A model generated the notes under the pieces. The model was not told where the DNA came from, did no database searches, and saw only the letters and a list, made by a program, of their open reading frames with translations. Shown in pieces: positions 13,100 through 25,112 of a stretch of DNA of 64,000 nt; position 1 is the first letter of the stretch, and every line of letters starts with the position of its first letter. The stretch lies in assembly GCF_000143415.4 (NCBI RefSeq), contig NW_003314274.1, positions 2,090,623 through 2,154,622 of the forward strand. The letters run 5' to 3'. A program made the position numbers and the translations under genes. This DNA is from Selaginella moellendorffii (Eukaryota > Plantae > Lycopodiophyta).

Positions 13100-13460
13100 G
13101 AAATGCGCTGGTGAACGTTTTGGCACAAGATGGACAGCTTGTACTGGTATGGTCTGCTGGAATTCCATTTGAGACGATGTGTCTTATTTTTATTTCACCA
13201 TATTCCGTGACGGGTATATTGGGTATTTGGCATGACTTGTTTGATTTGATGCCGCAGCGCGAAGAGGTCACTTGGAACGCACTGGTGTCTCGATTATCTG
13301 ATATTTAAGGTCCTTTGAGTATGCCAAAGCATTCACTGGAATGTTGCGGCAACGACGACAGCAAATGCCCAGATGGAAAATCTAGAGGTTGCTGCTTAAA
13401 CTTCCGAGAGGATGCCGCGGCAGAACGTGATCTCTTGCTTGATGCATATACTTACAAGCG
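13100..13460 (+). pseudogene. Degraded PPR (PLS-class-like) fragments
   Basis: FETM..., LFDLMPQREEVTWNALV and related PPR-type segments, interrupted by stops and frameshifts. Confidence 0.6.
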
Positions 13461-13938
13461 GGGCCTAATATTATTTGGACATTACCAACAATCCCGTCAT
13501 CACTTTCAACTATTAGATGATCTATTAACCTGCATTGGCGGTCTTAACATCATGGCCATCCTAACTGCAAGGATTTACGCAATCACGAAGCAAAGCTCTA
13601 CTTCAACAGCATGCCTCAACAAAACGAGAGCTTTCACAACCACGATCAAGCTCTGGAAATCTTCCAGAGAATGCCCCGCGATATATATGTTGTGTCCTGG
13701 ATGACAAGCTTTCAAGAAGTTTCTTCGAAGAGATGACGTAGAATTTTTTTATAAAAAAAAGTGGAAAGAGGCTGTTATAGCATACATATAAAATCCAATG
13801 CTTAGTTCTTTTTTGGCATGCAAGTTACATGCATTATTAGCACTTTTTCTTTATTAATAGGTTGGGAAGTAATTAAGGTTTTTTTTTACGTATTATAAAA
13901 TAATGCCCAAAAGAACACAAAGCTTGTGAATCACAGGA

Positions 13939-15664
13939 ATGGGGATCCTTGGCTTGTTCTTCGCAGTTTTCATTGCTTGTGCTGCTGCAGCGGGTAATTA
14001 TTTTAAAGTTATTTCTTATTTCTTGTTTACTGACAGTTTCTTTGCTGAAAACTAAATGCAGAATTCCCCTTTCCTCTCCAAGAAGCTCACAATGTCGAGT
14101 TGACGCAAGACTACGATTACATCATTGTGGGAGGCGGTGCCACAGGATGCGCACTGGCCGCAACACTGTCAGAGAACTTCCGCGTCCTATTGCTCGAGCG
14201 AGGAGGCTCCCCTTACAACAACCCACTGCTCATGAGGGTGGAGAATTTCTTCCTGGGGTTCCTGGATGATGGAGCTCAGAACTTCGTCACCACTGAAGGC
14301 GTTGCCAATGCTCGGGGGCGCGTTTTGGGTGGTGGATCATCGATTAACGCCGGTTTCTGGGACCGTGCCCCGGCTTCGGAGATCGCGCAGCTCGGACTCG
14401 ATCCCGTCAAGGCTAATACCTCGTACACCTGGGCAGAGAATGCGATTGTCTCGCTCCCTGTATTGGGACCTTTCCAGAGCGCTTTCCACAAGGGGCTTGT
14501 CGAGGTTGGAGTGACACCGGATCTTGGTGCCACTTACGAGCACTTCGTGGGAACCAAGACTGGGGGCTCGCTGTATGACAGCAATGGCCAGCGCCGGCCG
14601 TCTTCCAACTTGATTGCCGCATATGCCAATGCGACCAACCTTCAAGTTGTGCTCCATGCAACAGTTACAAAGGTCCAGTTCGATGGTAAGTTGTTTTCAA
14701 ACTCTTTTCTTGCTTTGAAATCACAAAATTCTTGTTCTTTTGAATCGAAGATGGTCTTTCCAAGCCCACGGCCATTGGAGTTGAATTCGTCGACGAGCTC
14801 GGACAAATCCACGCCGCGTTCCTCAAGGCTGACGAAAGGAGTGAAGTGATACTTTCCGCCAGTGCCATCGGAACTCCCCACCTCCTGATGATGAGCGGCG
14901 TTGGGCCGGCGGAGCACCTCAAGCAGAAGGGCATTCCCGTCATTCTTGATCTTCCAGTCGGCAAGAACATTGCGGACAATCCCGCCACCCGACTGTACGT
15001 CCCCTCTATGTCGCCTGTGGAGCCGGCTCTCGTACAGGTGGCCGGAATCACGCCCTTTGGCAGCTACATCGAGGCCCTCAGCGGTGTCCAGAACCTCCAG
15101 GGCAGCGTCATATTCCAAAAGGTGGTAGGACCAAAATCCACGGGAGAGGTTCTCATTGACAGCATGGATATCAGGCAGAACCCCTCCGTCACCTTCAACT
15201 ATTACAAGGATCCCGAGGACTTGCAGATCTGTGTGGGCGGCCTGAATGTGATCGAGGAGCTCCTTTTGTCCAAGAGCATGACGCCGTTTGTCAATGGTAT
15301 GCAAGCAATGCCATCTGGTAACATTCTTGGCCTCCCGATCCGTAAATTCTACCCCAAGGAGATGATTGATATGGCCCTGGGTGCGTATTGCAAGGCCAAC
15401 GTTGGTACCATGTGGCATTACCATGGTAGCTGCCGGGTTGGCCAGGTGGTGGACGCCCAATTCAAGGTTTTGGGCACAGAGCAGCTCCGGATTGTGGATG
15501 GTTCCGTGTTCGACTTCTGCCCGGGGACCAACCCACAGGCAACTTTCATAATGACGGGAAGGTATGCAAAACTGATTTCATTTAGGCAATGCTTCATTGC
15601 TGCATTTGTTTTGTTTCGTAGATACATGGGAGTGGAGATTACTTCCCGGCGTTTGACTTCATGA
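13939..15664 (+). CDS. GMC oxidoreductase (HOTHEAD/mandelonitrile-lyase-like), copy 2, apparently intact, 4 exons
   Basis: Signal MGILGLFFAVFIACAAA; DYIIVGGGATG, RGRVLGGGSSINAGF, ILSASAIGTPHLLMMSGVGP, WHYHGSCRVG, VDGSVFDFCPGTNPQAT. Canonical introns. Confidence 0.92.
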
Positions 15665-16029
15665 GCTACTCGTACTTTCCAGCCGCCGCACCGCCAAGTA
15701 GTTATATTGTAGATACGTTGTCCAATTTTCACTGCTACAACCTATAATTAACTAACATTTCATTTCATTTCGAAGATGATGATGTGGGTATTTGTGTTGG
15801 ATGAAAGCTGATCATATGGAGATGCCAGGAGTTGAACCAGGGTAAACAAGCTGCTGCGCATTTGATTAACCACCACATTAAAAGAATATTGATTCTTTTA
15901 ATCGAATTATCCTTTCTCCAACCAAAGTCAACGCTTAGTCTACCACGACTACAAATTTTCAACCGTTTACTTTACACACCACATTCCACGAGGATAGAAA
16001 CTCTAGTCTCGGACGATACGATTCACAGT

Positions 16030-17276
16030 TCAGTTGATCCTGCTACAATCCCTTCTGATTTCCCCGCTCGTCCCTGTCTTGACGCCGATGCTGCCCATTT
16101 TGTCCATGGCGTCAGCAAACGCATTAAAGAAGCGCTGGCGCTTCTTTGAAAACAAGCGGACAAGCTTCCTGGTCCGCCTGTCCGAGTAAAGTTCCTGGTC
16201 CGAGGTTACCAACCCTCTGCCCGCCAACAGATTCTTGTAGTACGCGTTGTCAAACTCGAAAGGGGTCACTGGATCAAACGGTTCCACCAGGTTTGGATTT
16301 CCGCCCCGGATGGGGCACGATTTCTTGAGGTCCGACGCGAAGCTGGAGCTCATTGTTGGATCCATCCTGTTACTGCTGCTGAAGTTGTAGAGCCGGCTGC
16401 TGAATTGATCGCAGTGTGCAAAGCCAAATGTGTGAGCTCCTGGAGTTTTTTGTTTGTGTAGTTTGGATCATGGAAGAAGAAAAGTGAGTGATTGATGTTT
16501 TTGTGACTTCTGTGCATACCTGAGAGTGACACCAGGTCGACGAGATTGAGACCCTTGGTCGCAAAGTTTTTGAGAAGTTGGTTTACGGAGAATTCCGCGC
16601 CGGGGAGATTGGCGGTGGCGGCTTCCGCTCTGGAGATTCTCCCGTCGCGTCTTCCTTTCTTCACTTGCCATGTTGGTCCTCCAGTCTGACCAACATAAAA
16701 AAAAACGCATTTTGTTTTTGAGTCCCCTTTCGTTTTGGAGCTTTGGGCATGAATGGAAGACCTCCAAAAGGCTTTAAAGAAGGGAAGTTTCGCTTACCAG
16801 GCCAACAAAGTCGCGCGTTAGTATGGCGAGAACATCGGCGCAAGAGACCACTCCCGGGCACTCGGCTTCCACGGCTTTCTTGGCTTTCATCACCGAATCA
16901 AACGCGTCTCCGGCCAGGGATTTGTTGATGTCCGCGTCCTTCTCGGCTCTGTTTGCCGGCGTGGATGCTAAGGTCACGGAAGCATCACACCCCTGGATGG
17001 AGGAATTCATGGAAATCCGGACAAGTTTATCAGGGATGAGAGAAAAAAACACTAGATTTTTTTCTCTCGACTTGCCTCGACGAAGCAGTCGTGGAAGAAG
17101 AGACGGACTGTGGCAGCGGCAGATGTTGGTGCTTGCTTAAATTTGTCGAGAGCTACTCGCTTGACGATGGATTCCACTCGCGGGCAGGTCCTGCCGTAGA
17201 AGCCAACCGAGAGTTGGGCCGAGGAAGAGAAAACGCAAACTGTAATCACTAGCAAAAGTAGCAATGTTTTATCCAT
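16030..17276 (-). CDS. Class III secretory peroxidase, 4 exons (17276-17076, 16992-16798, 16685-16520, 16439-16030)
   Basis: Signal peptide plus QLSVGFY, RLFFHDCFV (distal His), GCDAS, CPGVVSCAD, GRRDG, LSGAHTFG (proximal His), TPFEFDNAYY, GEIRRDC. First intron is GC-AG. Confidence 0.96.
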
Positions 17277-17754
17277 GAAATCGTAGCGAAACATGGAAGC
17301 TGCACGGGATACGAGAAATCAGATGTTTAGAAATGATATGTGACTTTAAAAACCAACCTGGGGATCACTGAAGAACGCGGCTGAGCTCTAGAAAGAAGGA
17401 AGGACGGACAGTTTCATTTCCGGAAAGAAGTATAGGGAAAAGAAGCTGTCCCAAAGTTATAACGCTGCTGGAAGTCTCCAAAACAAAAAAGAAAAGAAAA
17501 GAGAGATTTGGCAAAGTTTAGGGGAATGTTGCTGGACAGCACAGACTTTGCTTTCAAGCCCACACATGAAACCTCCCGAAGAGCCACGAGCTGGCACACT
17601 ACAACACAGGCTAGAAGCTGAGTAGGAAGAAGCCGATAGATTGACAAAAGAGAAACAAGGAATAAAATATCGGGTTTTGATCCCTGCTAAGTATGTATAC
17701 AAACGAAGCAGACAAACCAGGATAATACTTGTAGAATACGATATTCTCCTTGTG

Positions 17755-17787
17755 ATCGATCCCCTTACCGAATCGTGCAAAAGCGAT
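17755..17787 (-). pseudogene. tRNA-Ala fragment
   Basis: ATCGATCCCCTTACC is identical to 19975-19989 and is followed by TGCAAAAGCGAT, resembling the anticodon arm of the tRNA at 19961-20033. Confidence 0.6.
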
Positions 17788-17849
17788 TCTGAACATAAGA
17801 GAGAGATATTTAACTTAATGCAGTTCCAATTTTCCAATCTTGTTCAATC

Positions 17850-18010
17850 TATGGACAAGATGGTGCACAATCCAATGACTTTGCAATGTCTACTTCCGGA
17901 ACATTATCACCAGCGTGTATGCCCACAATGTGTTTCCTGGAATTCTATGGTGACGGCGTATGCCCAGGCCGGATATATGGAGGGTGCTCAAGCAAATGCC
18001 AGCCCAGGAC
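17850..18010 (+). pseudogene. PPR fragment
   Basis: VSWNSMVTAYAQAGYMEGA is a typical plant PPR motif; no complete gene around it. Confidence 0.65.
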
Positions 18011-18389
18011 ACTCGACTTCACGCTCTGCCTGCTCGAGCCCAGTGCTTTCTCTGAAGAACGGACGGCCAAATCCCATCTTGGTCGTGGGAAGCTCTCTCA
18101 TCAACATTTCCAATCACCTGGTATCAAATATAAAGAATAAAATTTACCTTGATCTTGCTATTACTTCTCATGAGCAGGGCAACAAAAATACGGCTTCTCA
18201 GCTCCCCGCTTGAAACGGTTGCATCTGTTTGTATTGACAAACCCAGAACACGGAACTGCTTTCTCAAGAGCTAATTCCTCAGGCTCAGGAAGCCTCAATT
18301 TATCAACAAATGCCAACGAGTTCTGCAAAGTTACTGACACTCACATTTGCTGCAGAAACAGTGAATGAAATTAGCACGGATAAACACCT

Positions 18390-18863
18390 TTAGATCGAAG
18401 AATGCTTACCACCCACAACGTCTAGGTGTGGCAAAACGTAGGTACTAGGACATCCCAACAGCTCCTCAAACATCATGAACCGAGGAAGGATCTCATCTTT
18501 CCATGCAATATGGCTCGCTTCCGTTTGGTTGATGACACTGAGATCTGTACTCCAGCCCGTATTGCTCGTCACACCTGGCCGCACTAAATCAACGGCCTTT
18601 TCGTTACAAAACAGAACCCCGGAGAGCAGCTCCTCCATAGTAGTAGCCAACAAAGCTTCCAACTCATAGTCCTTCCAATAGCGGCCGAGTATGCTTCCCT
18701 TTACCTTAACTACATTCACCACCAAAGCCTCCAGCCTCGCGGAGTTGTGGGTTGAGAGAACGGCCGCATCTTGCTGAACGTCAAATGCCCATATCTTCCT
18801 CTCAGGTAACCGCGACAAAGCTTTGGACCTATTCATGACTTCAGCTGCCAGCAAGTCCGCCAA
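18390..18863 (-). pseudogene. Unknown protein-like ORF remnant (157 aa), probably a lineage-specific family
   Basis: Protein-like composition, upstream frames broken by stops, no motif recognised. Confidence 0.3.
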
Positions 18864-19059
18864 TTATCTGGAAATGAGCTTCATGTAATCTCCTCCGAAA
18901 CGTTAAGGTAAGCAGAGGCGATTGTTCCCTCGGTAGCAATCCTCATGGATATGCTGCGTGTTCATGTTCATTCAAGCCAAGAAAATCCATGAGCCGCGCA
19001 TCATCGCCGCCTTCGAGCTCAACGAGGAATGACGCTACCTCTTTCAGGTTGCTACCGGT

Positions 19060-19275
19060 ATGCTGCATTTGAAAAGGATAAGCTGCGGTGCCTTGCTGCT
19101 CTCGGTCAGCTGCTATTTGCTTCTAGTTCTTGTTCTACTAGTCTTTCCGGAGCACAGGATCAGCATTTCGTCCGATCTCAGGCGGCCGCTCTTAAACAAC
19201 CTGGTACGAGACGAGCCCGGTGGCCAAGTCAGTTTCGACAGGTGCTGGGGGAAAAGAGTCTATGTCTACAATAGT
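19060..19275 (+). pseudogene. 5' fragment of an exostosin/GT47-type glycosyltransferase
   Basis: Type II membrane anchor (GALLLSVSCYLLLVLVLLVF), a stem, then RCWGKRVYVYN, which resembles the start of the GT47 domain; truncated immediately after. Confidence 0.5.
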
Positions 19276-19279
19276 ACAA

Positions 19280-19885
19280 TCTTCCAGTCCACTAACGTAC
19301 CTTACTATGTCCATGGTGCAAGATAGGATAAGCATGTCAAACGCAGCTGGTTGCTTGGCCTGGACATACAGCTGAAGCAGCCGTGGAGTGAGCACTGTGT
19401 GGTACACCATTGCCTGTGTGGTGCCGACACCGAACGGAGACTTTGCCAGGCAAGTCTTGAACTCCTCCGCAGTGAAGGGCCCGCTGAACTCCATTCGCCA
19501 GGCTTCTTGTCTGTATAGAGGTATTCCATGAATGATTCAGAAACCTAGACCAGGACATGGAAATAGCTCGCTTCCTCCAAAGCAGACCTCTACTGTGTAA
19601 CTTCGAGATTCACAGCCTTCAAATCCAAACAGTTCCACTTGTCCGCCATTCAGCTTGCCCTTAAAAAAGCCTACCAGACTCGGAAGTGAGTTTGCAGACA
19701 GCACCAGTTCTTGAGTCGACTCCTCGAAGACCACAATGGGAACTGGTGTCCAACAATGTAGACAGACCACCAGGGCCTCCGGACAAGCATGTGTCTGGCA
19801 AGAGAATCCCGTGAAGAGCAGATCGCTGGTGGCAGCGACACAAAACGATTGTACACCTTTCACACCCGAAAGCTGCCATATCCAC
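19280..19885 (-). pseudogene. Frameshifted unknown coding remnant
   Basis: Overlapping protein-like ORFs in successive frames (19885-19661, 19863-19537, 19529-19305, 19494-19192); telo-box near 19907. Confidence 0.3.
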
Positions 19886-19960
19886 AGTTTATTTATAGCA
19901 CCGTTGAAACCCTAAACTTTGCTCTTTAACATTGAAGAAAAAGAAAACTTAAAAAGACTA

Positions 19961-20033
19961 TGGAGTTGAGGGGCATCGATCCCCTTACCTATCGCATGCA
20001 AAGCGATCACTCTACCATCTGAGCTACAACCCC
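19961..20033 (-). tRNA. tRNA-Ala (anticodon UGC)
   Basis: GGGGTTGTAGCTCAGATGGTAGAGTGATCGCTTTGCATGCGATAGGTAAGGGGATCGATGCCCCTCAACTCCA, 73 nt. Cloverleaf with G3:U70 Ala identity pair and eukaryotic GATCGA T-loop; T5 Pol III terminator at 19951-19955. Confidence 0.97.
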
Positions 20034-20183
20034 TCATTTATATTTATCTATGTCTAACACGAATCAGAGATTAATTGATCAATAGTGTATCAAGTCACCC
20101 AACTAGCATAATATAATTTTTTGCATAAGCATGAAAGTCCTTAAATATCAAAGACATCTATTTGAACCCATAACAACTACCTC

Positions 20184-20286
20184 ATCCGTTTTTATTCGCT
20201 AAGTATGTATACAAACGAAGCAAAGGAAAACATTTTCACCAGATGTGGATAAGGTTGAGTAGCACCAAGAGCAACGCAACAACAAC
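20184..20286 (-). repeat. Diverged duplicate of the SYP5 last codons and 3' UTR
   Basis: Aligns to ~20903-21013 (tttttattcgct..gtatacaaacgaag..ttcaccaga.gtggataag.ttgag.agcaccaagagcaacgc). Confidence 0.8.
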
Positions 20287-20963
20287 ACGTATCACATACA
20301 ACCTAATATAAAAGTACTATTTAACAGATAATATTATATTCATCCTAGCTGTTTTGTTAAGGAAACAAGCTGGTATGTGTGGCTTCCTAGTGTCGCAAGG
20401 AACACTATTGTCAATCTCCGTCTGAATGTCGAGAAGGGTGAGCCGGTCTGCCTTGCTAGTTGGAGGGGAAAGCTCTATATGGTGTGGCTCACCGTGGAAG
20501 ACAAGTGCACAATTGTGGAGATTTCTGTGGAGACTGGTGAGGTGATAGCATTTAATCAGTAACTCGTAAACAGAGCTACTTCCGTGGTCAAGCTGGTAAC
20601 TATTTGAATTTTGAAGGATAATGGAAGGGTACGTAAGTTTTTCTCGTATGATCTAGATGCAAGTACTTGGACTGAAAAAGATTACAAGCCTGTCTCAGTT
20701 CCCAGGCTTCTGTAGATTGAATTATAAATTTATAAGAAAATTAAATCCAGACAGAAAAATATGTGGAATGTAGCCTTAAGTGGGTGGTAAATTCCATCTG
20801 TCGAAAACTCGCAGTGCCTCCTCCGGACAATATTAACAGTGTTTATTTACAAAGGATTCTCTTTAAACTTACAGATGCAGATAGAAGTAGGAGCTGTACA
20901 CAATCCCGTTTTTATTCGCTATGTATGTATACAAACGAAGAAAACACGCGAAGGAAAAGACTT

Positions 20964-22002
20964 TCACCAGACGTGGATAAGCTTGAGCAGCACCAAGAGC
21001 AACGCCACAACAACGAGCATCATCAAGCACAGGCATCCCAAGGCTGAGGATCCGGCACGTTTCGACAAAACGACCAAACGCTTGTGCACATTCTGTCGAG
21101 ACGAAGAAAATGAGGAAGAGATTTGCAAGCGCGAAGATGACACGCGTATACTTACTTGTAAAACTGTGTTCGTTCGATCAGCGTGACGATCCATATCGTC
21201 CTGCAGCAAATAGGACATTGGCTTTTGATCACAAAACCACTGGTAAATCGAGCTAGAGCTTACCAGTAAGTGTGCTTGGAGGTCCAGCTCTTCATTCACA
21301 GTCAGTGCGATGTGCTTCGTACTGACCACAGATTTCTCTAAATCTTCAAGGTCGACGTCTTGGTCTGATTGGATAAGAGGTGCACGTAAACAAAAGGAAA
21401 CAAAAGCTTTGACAATGTTCCTCGCTACCTTTCATTGTTTGTCGCTGAAATGCGATCAATCCATAATTGTCCAAACCCGTAGTCTTATCCGTCTCGACGG
21501 GAGGGCCTCTGGTGCCATCAGCTAGCAAATCGTCCCTGGAAGCAGCGTTTAGAACAAGCTTGAAACAAAAGAGAAGAAGAAAGCACAAGGAAAATCTAGT
21601 TTTCAAGGAAAGAAAGACTCAAGAACAACAAGGATTTTTATACCTTGCGTTTTGGGAGCTCTTGTAGCTGGAATCGAGTTGCTTGACGCGGAGTCCTAGA
21701 CTTATAATCGCGTCTTGGCGACGAAAAAATTCCTTTTCTGATCTGGAGCACAGTGTTAGTGCGATCAAACCATTCACGGCGACTGCCACAAACGCTTACA
21801 ATTGGCCGCGCAGCGTTTCGAGAGTACTGGTAAGGCGATTAACCTTGTTGTCCAGAATGAGGATCTTCCTTTTCGTGGTAGACAGCAGCCTAGATCTCTC
21901 GCCTCTAGACATACCGCCGGAATTCGCATTGACGATGCTGCCTTTGACCTCCTCCGCCAAGCGCGTCGCCTCGTCTAGCTCCTTCGCCCAGGCGTCCGCC
22001 AT
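20964..22002 (-). CDS. SYP5: Qc-SNARE syntaxin, SYP5 family (SYP51/52-like), 6 exons
   Basis: MADAWAKELDEATRLA..., TTGLDNYGLIAFQRQTMKDQDVDLEDLEKSVVSTKHIALTVNEELDLQAHLL (SNARE motif), C-terminal TM. Confidence 0.93.
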
Positions 22003-22128
22003 GGCCGAAGAACCCTAATGTTTATTTTTCCCCTATTTTAAGATAACGCAAAAACAGGGGCTCTGTAAAATAATGTATACTCTCTCTCGCTCTCTCTCTC
22101 TTAGGGTTCTTGCGATCGCGCATTGGCG

Positions 22129-25112
22129 ATGGAGACGCCTCCGCCAAAGATCCAGCGCCAGGTATCTTGGATCCGTGCAATGCGGGTGTAAGATTGATGA
22201 GATTTTTTTTCTCTTTTCTAGCCGAGCGAAGTCGAGGCGGAATTGAACCTTGCGCTCCAGGAAGCTGGACTTGACTTCTCATCCAGTCTAGAGGTGAATT
22301 TCTTTCCTTTCACCTGTTGTTCTTTTTTCCTAGCGTATGAAATGCTTGCATTGAAATCCAGGCTTTCTACCGGAGAGTAGATCCTTCTGCGGTGACCGTC
22401 GAGAAGATTACAAGATGGTTTGCGTCAACACGAGCTCTAAGATCTCAGCTCCTTACCAGGAGAGAATCCAAGCTCATTGAGATTCCTGAACAAACGTAAG
22501 CTTCTCATGTTTCTCCTCTCTTCCTTCTTTTGTATAGAATCTATGATTTTTATTTTTTATTTTTTCCTTTTCTTTTGGCTGATACTATTCTCTTTGTGTT
22601 TTCAGCAATCTCGAACCAGCTGCACAAGAATCTAGCACCTTTGAAAGCGTGCACGAGAGGCTACAAAAGGCTGCTGATATAAACATAAATTCCAGTGACT
22701 TTAAGTGGGAGCGTCTTGTGTCCTTGCACACTACGGAGCATGCAAACGACACAGAGGATGAAGAGAAAGAAGCGACGGCTCCAGCGTCTCTCGAGGTAGG
22801 ATAGCTTACTTTCAGATTAGATTTTGAAGTATAGATTCTTCAAAACAGGTGAACGTGAACTCAGGTGGAATTGTCTACTTTGCAGTGTTTCAGCTGGGAA
22901 ACGGCGAGGAGGCCGCAGCTTGCCTCAAGTTTACTCCTTCACGCTTGACAACGCAGTCTGAGCGCTTGGGATACGAACTTGGCAGACACCTGGGAGTATC
23001 GACACCTCAGGTAATTTAGAGCTTCTCTTTGTTTATCCATAGCAGATTTCAATCAGGCTCGAATCGTGAGAAGCGAGTCGCCAGAATGGTCGGAAATTAT
23101 TCGTGCAACTGAAAATGTGAAGCTTCAAAATCCAGATTGCGTGAAAACATGCGACGAGATGCTAGAAGCGCTTGAGATCAACCGCTGCTTGCTGCTCATG
23201 GGGTAAAAACACACTACTCGTAAGCCTGTTAAAAACAATCATACTTTTTGTTTTTGCAGGTATGTAACTGGATGTCCACTGCACAAATACAAACCTCCAG
23301 TCCTCACACAAGCCATAGCGCGAAGAATTGCTGGAAGTTTGGGCCGGGTGCTGCTGCTAGACCTTGTTCTTCGCAATGAAGACCGCCTCCCATGCCAGCA
23401 ACTGGGATGGCGTGGAAACCCGGGGAATCTCTTATGCACCGAGAGGACGCCAATAGGAGAGCCGCTCCAGACGAAGAAACTCGAGTTTAAAGTTACTGGA
23501 CGACGAAGCATCGTGTCCGGCCGGAGCGTTCCACCGATCCCAAAGCACGCAAGAGAGAGGACCACAACGATCACTGTTGGTACCTCCGTCGAAGCGGAGC
23601 AGCCGCAAAGAAATCCACCCGGAGGAAGGGCCCTCCATCTCGTGGCGATCGACTCGGGTGTCCCACGAAGGCCTCCAAGCCAAAAGAGAGAGCTGGATAG
23701 AGCACAGTATCCACGGTTTGTGGAGATGCTCCTCCACGACTTCGACACTTCTTCCGAGGTGGTGAAGGAGATATCGAGTTGCTACCTGGAGACTGTTGCG
23801 GAGGAGACGGAGAAGCTGGATATGGCTGGAGTTACGAATGCTTTTCTGTCTGGTTTCCAAGCCGGACTTAAAGCAATGGTGCCGCTTCGCTCGTTTCTCG
23901 TGAAGCTACAAAGGAGGCTGGACTTTTATCTGAAGCAATTCGTCGCCGATATCAGGGAAAACCTTCCTTCCGACTGGAGTCCAGACAAATCCTCGCCTAG
24001 TGATCGACTGAGTCCCCAGCCCTCTCCTCCGACGCTTTCATCGGCTGATGGCGTGAGTCCTCCGCTGAAACTCGAGAGACGTTTCACACTTCAGCTGAAA
24101 GACTACAATAAACTAGCCAAGGTAAGGAGCGTCTCTCACGCGACAAAGTTGAACGTTACAAACCTTCTTTTGCAGGTGGATGATGGAATTCATGACAGAG
24201 TTGAGCACTGGGACGAGGTGTTGGGTTCCGAAGGCCACAAGCTTTGCCAAACGCACGACTTTTCCACGGGGTTCCTTGAAGGCGGCGGACCGCATAGCGT
24301 CGTCGACAGCTACGAACTCAAGGTAGTATTTCCACTTCGATCGCCAGTGAAAAAAAGCTGTGAATTCAGGTTCGTCTGGAGCACGTACTGGAAAGAATGG
24401 AGTTAATTGCTCAAGGAACCGAAACAGAGAGGCCTTCTCGTGTGCTGGACTGCCTTTACGTCGGAGGAGCACTGGCTGCAAAGTCAGTTAATATCCTCAA
24501 GCACGTTGGCATCACTCACATTTTGTGCCTTTGTCCGATCGAGGTTGGATCCCCAGAGCCGGAAGTTACTGAGCATTTCAAGTACAAGACCTGCCAAGTA
24601 CGTGAAAAAAAGAAGAAGAAACTCCTCTTTCTTGCGCGACTTAATTGTTTGCTTTACAAACAGGTCCTTGATATTGAAGAGGAGGACATCGCCAGCCATT
24701 TCGAAGAAGCTTGCGGATACATCGAAGATTGTGAGAAGAGCGGCGGGAAAGCTCTGGTTCATTGCTTTGAAGGCAAGAGCCGCAGCGCAACGATAGTACT
24801 CGCGTACCTGATGCTGGCAAAGTAAGAAAAACTCGACGTTCCAGTCCGCAAAGTAACGTTGCGTTGTTTCTCAGGGGTTTTACGCTGCTGGACGCATGGA
24901 ACTTGTTGAAAGGCGCTCACCCCCGCGCGCAACCAAACGATGGCTTCATGAAGGCTCTCGGAGAAGTGGACAAGAAGCTCCATGGCGGTAGTAGCTCCAT
25001 GGATTGGCAGCAAAGGAAACCAGCGGCTCGTCTCTGTCCACTGTGCCAGAAGAACGTAGGCCTCAGTAGCAATTCGCTTCAACACCACGTTAACAGGTAC
25101 CACCCTCACTAA
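22129..25112 (+). CDS. PHS1: PHS1-like: atypical (actin-fragmin-type) tubulin kinase domain plus dual-specificity phosphatase
   Basis: SLHTTEH, VNSGGIVYFA, TQSERLGYEL, GRVLLLDLVLRNEDRLPC..LGWRGNPGNL, AIDSGVPRRPP, VVDSYELKVRLEHVLER, VHCFEGKSRSATIVLAYLM, AQPNDGF. Confidence 0.95.

Noticed and set aside
14642-15460. Long antisense ORFs over GMC, SHN, PPase and PAF1
   Set aside because: Shadow frames of GC-rich coding sequence with no recognisable motifs.
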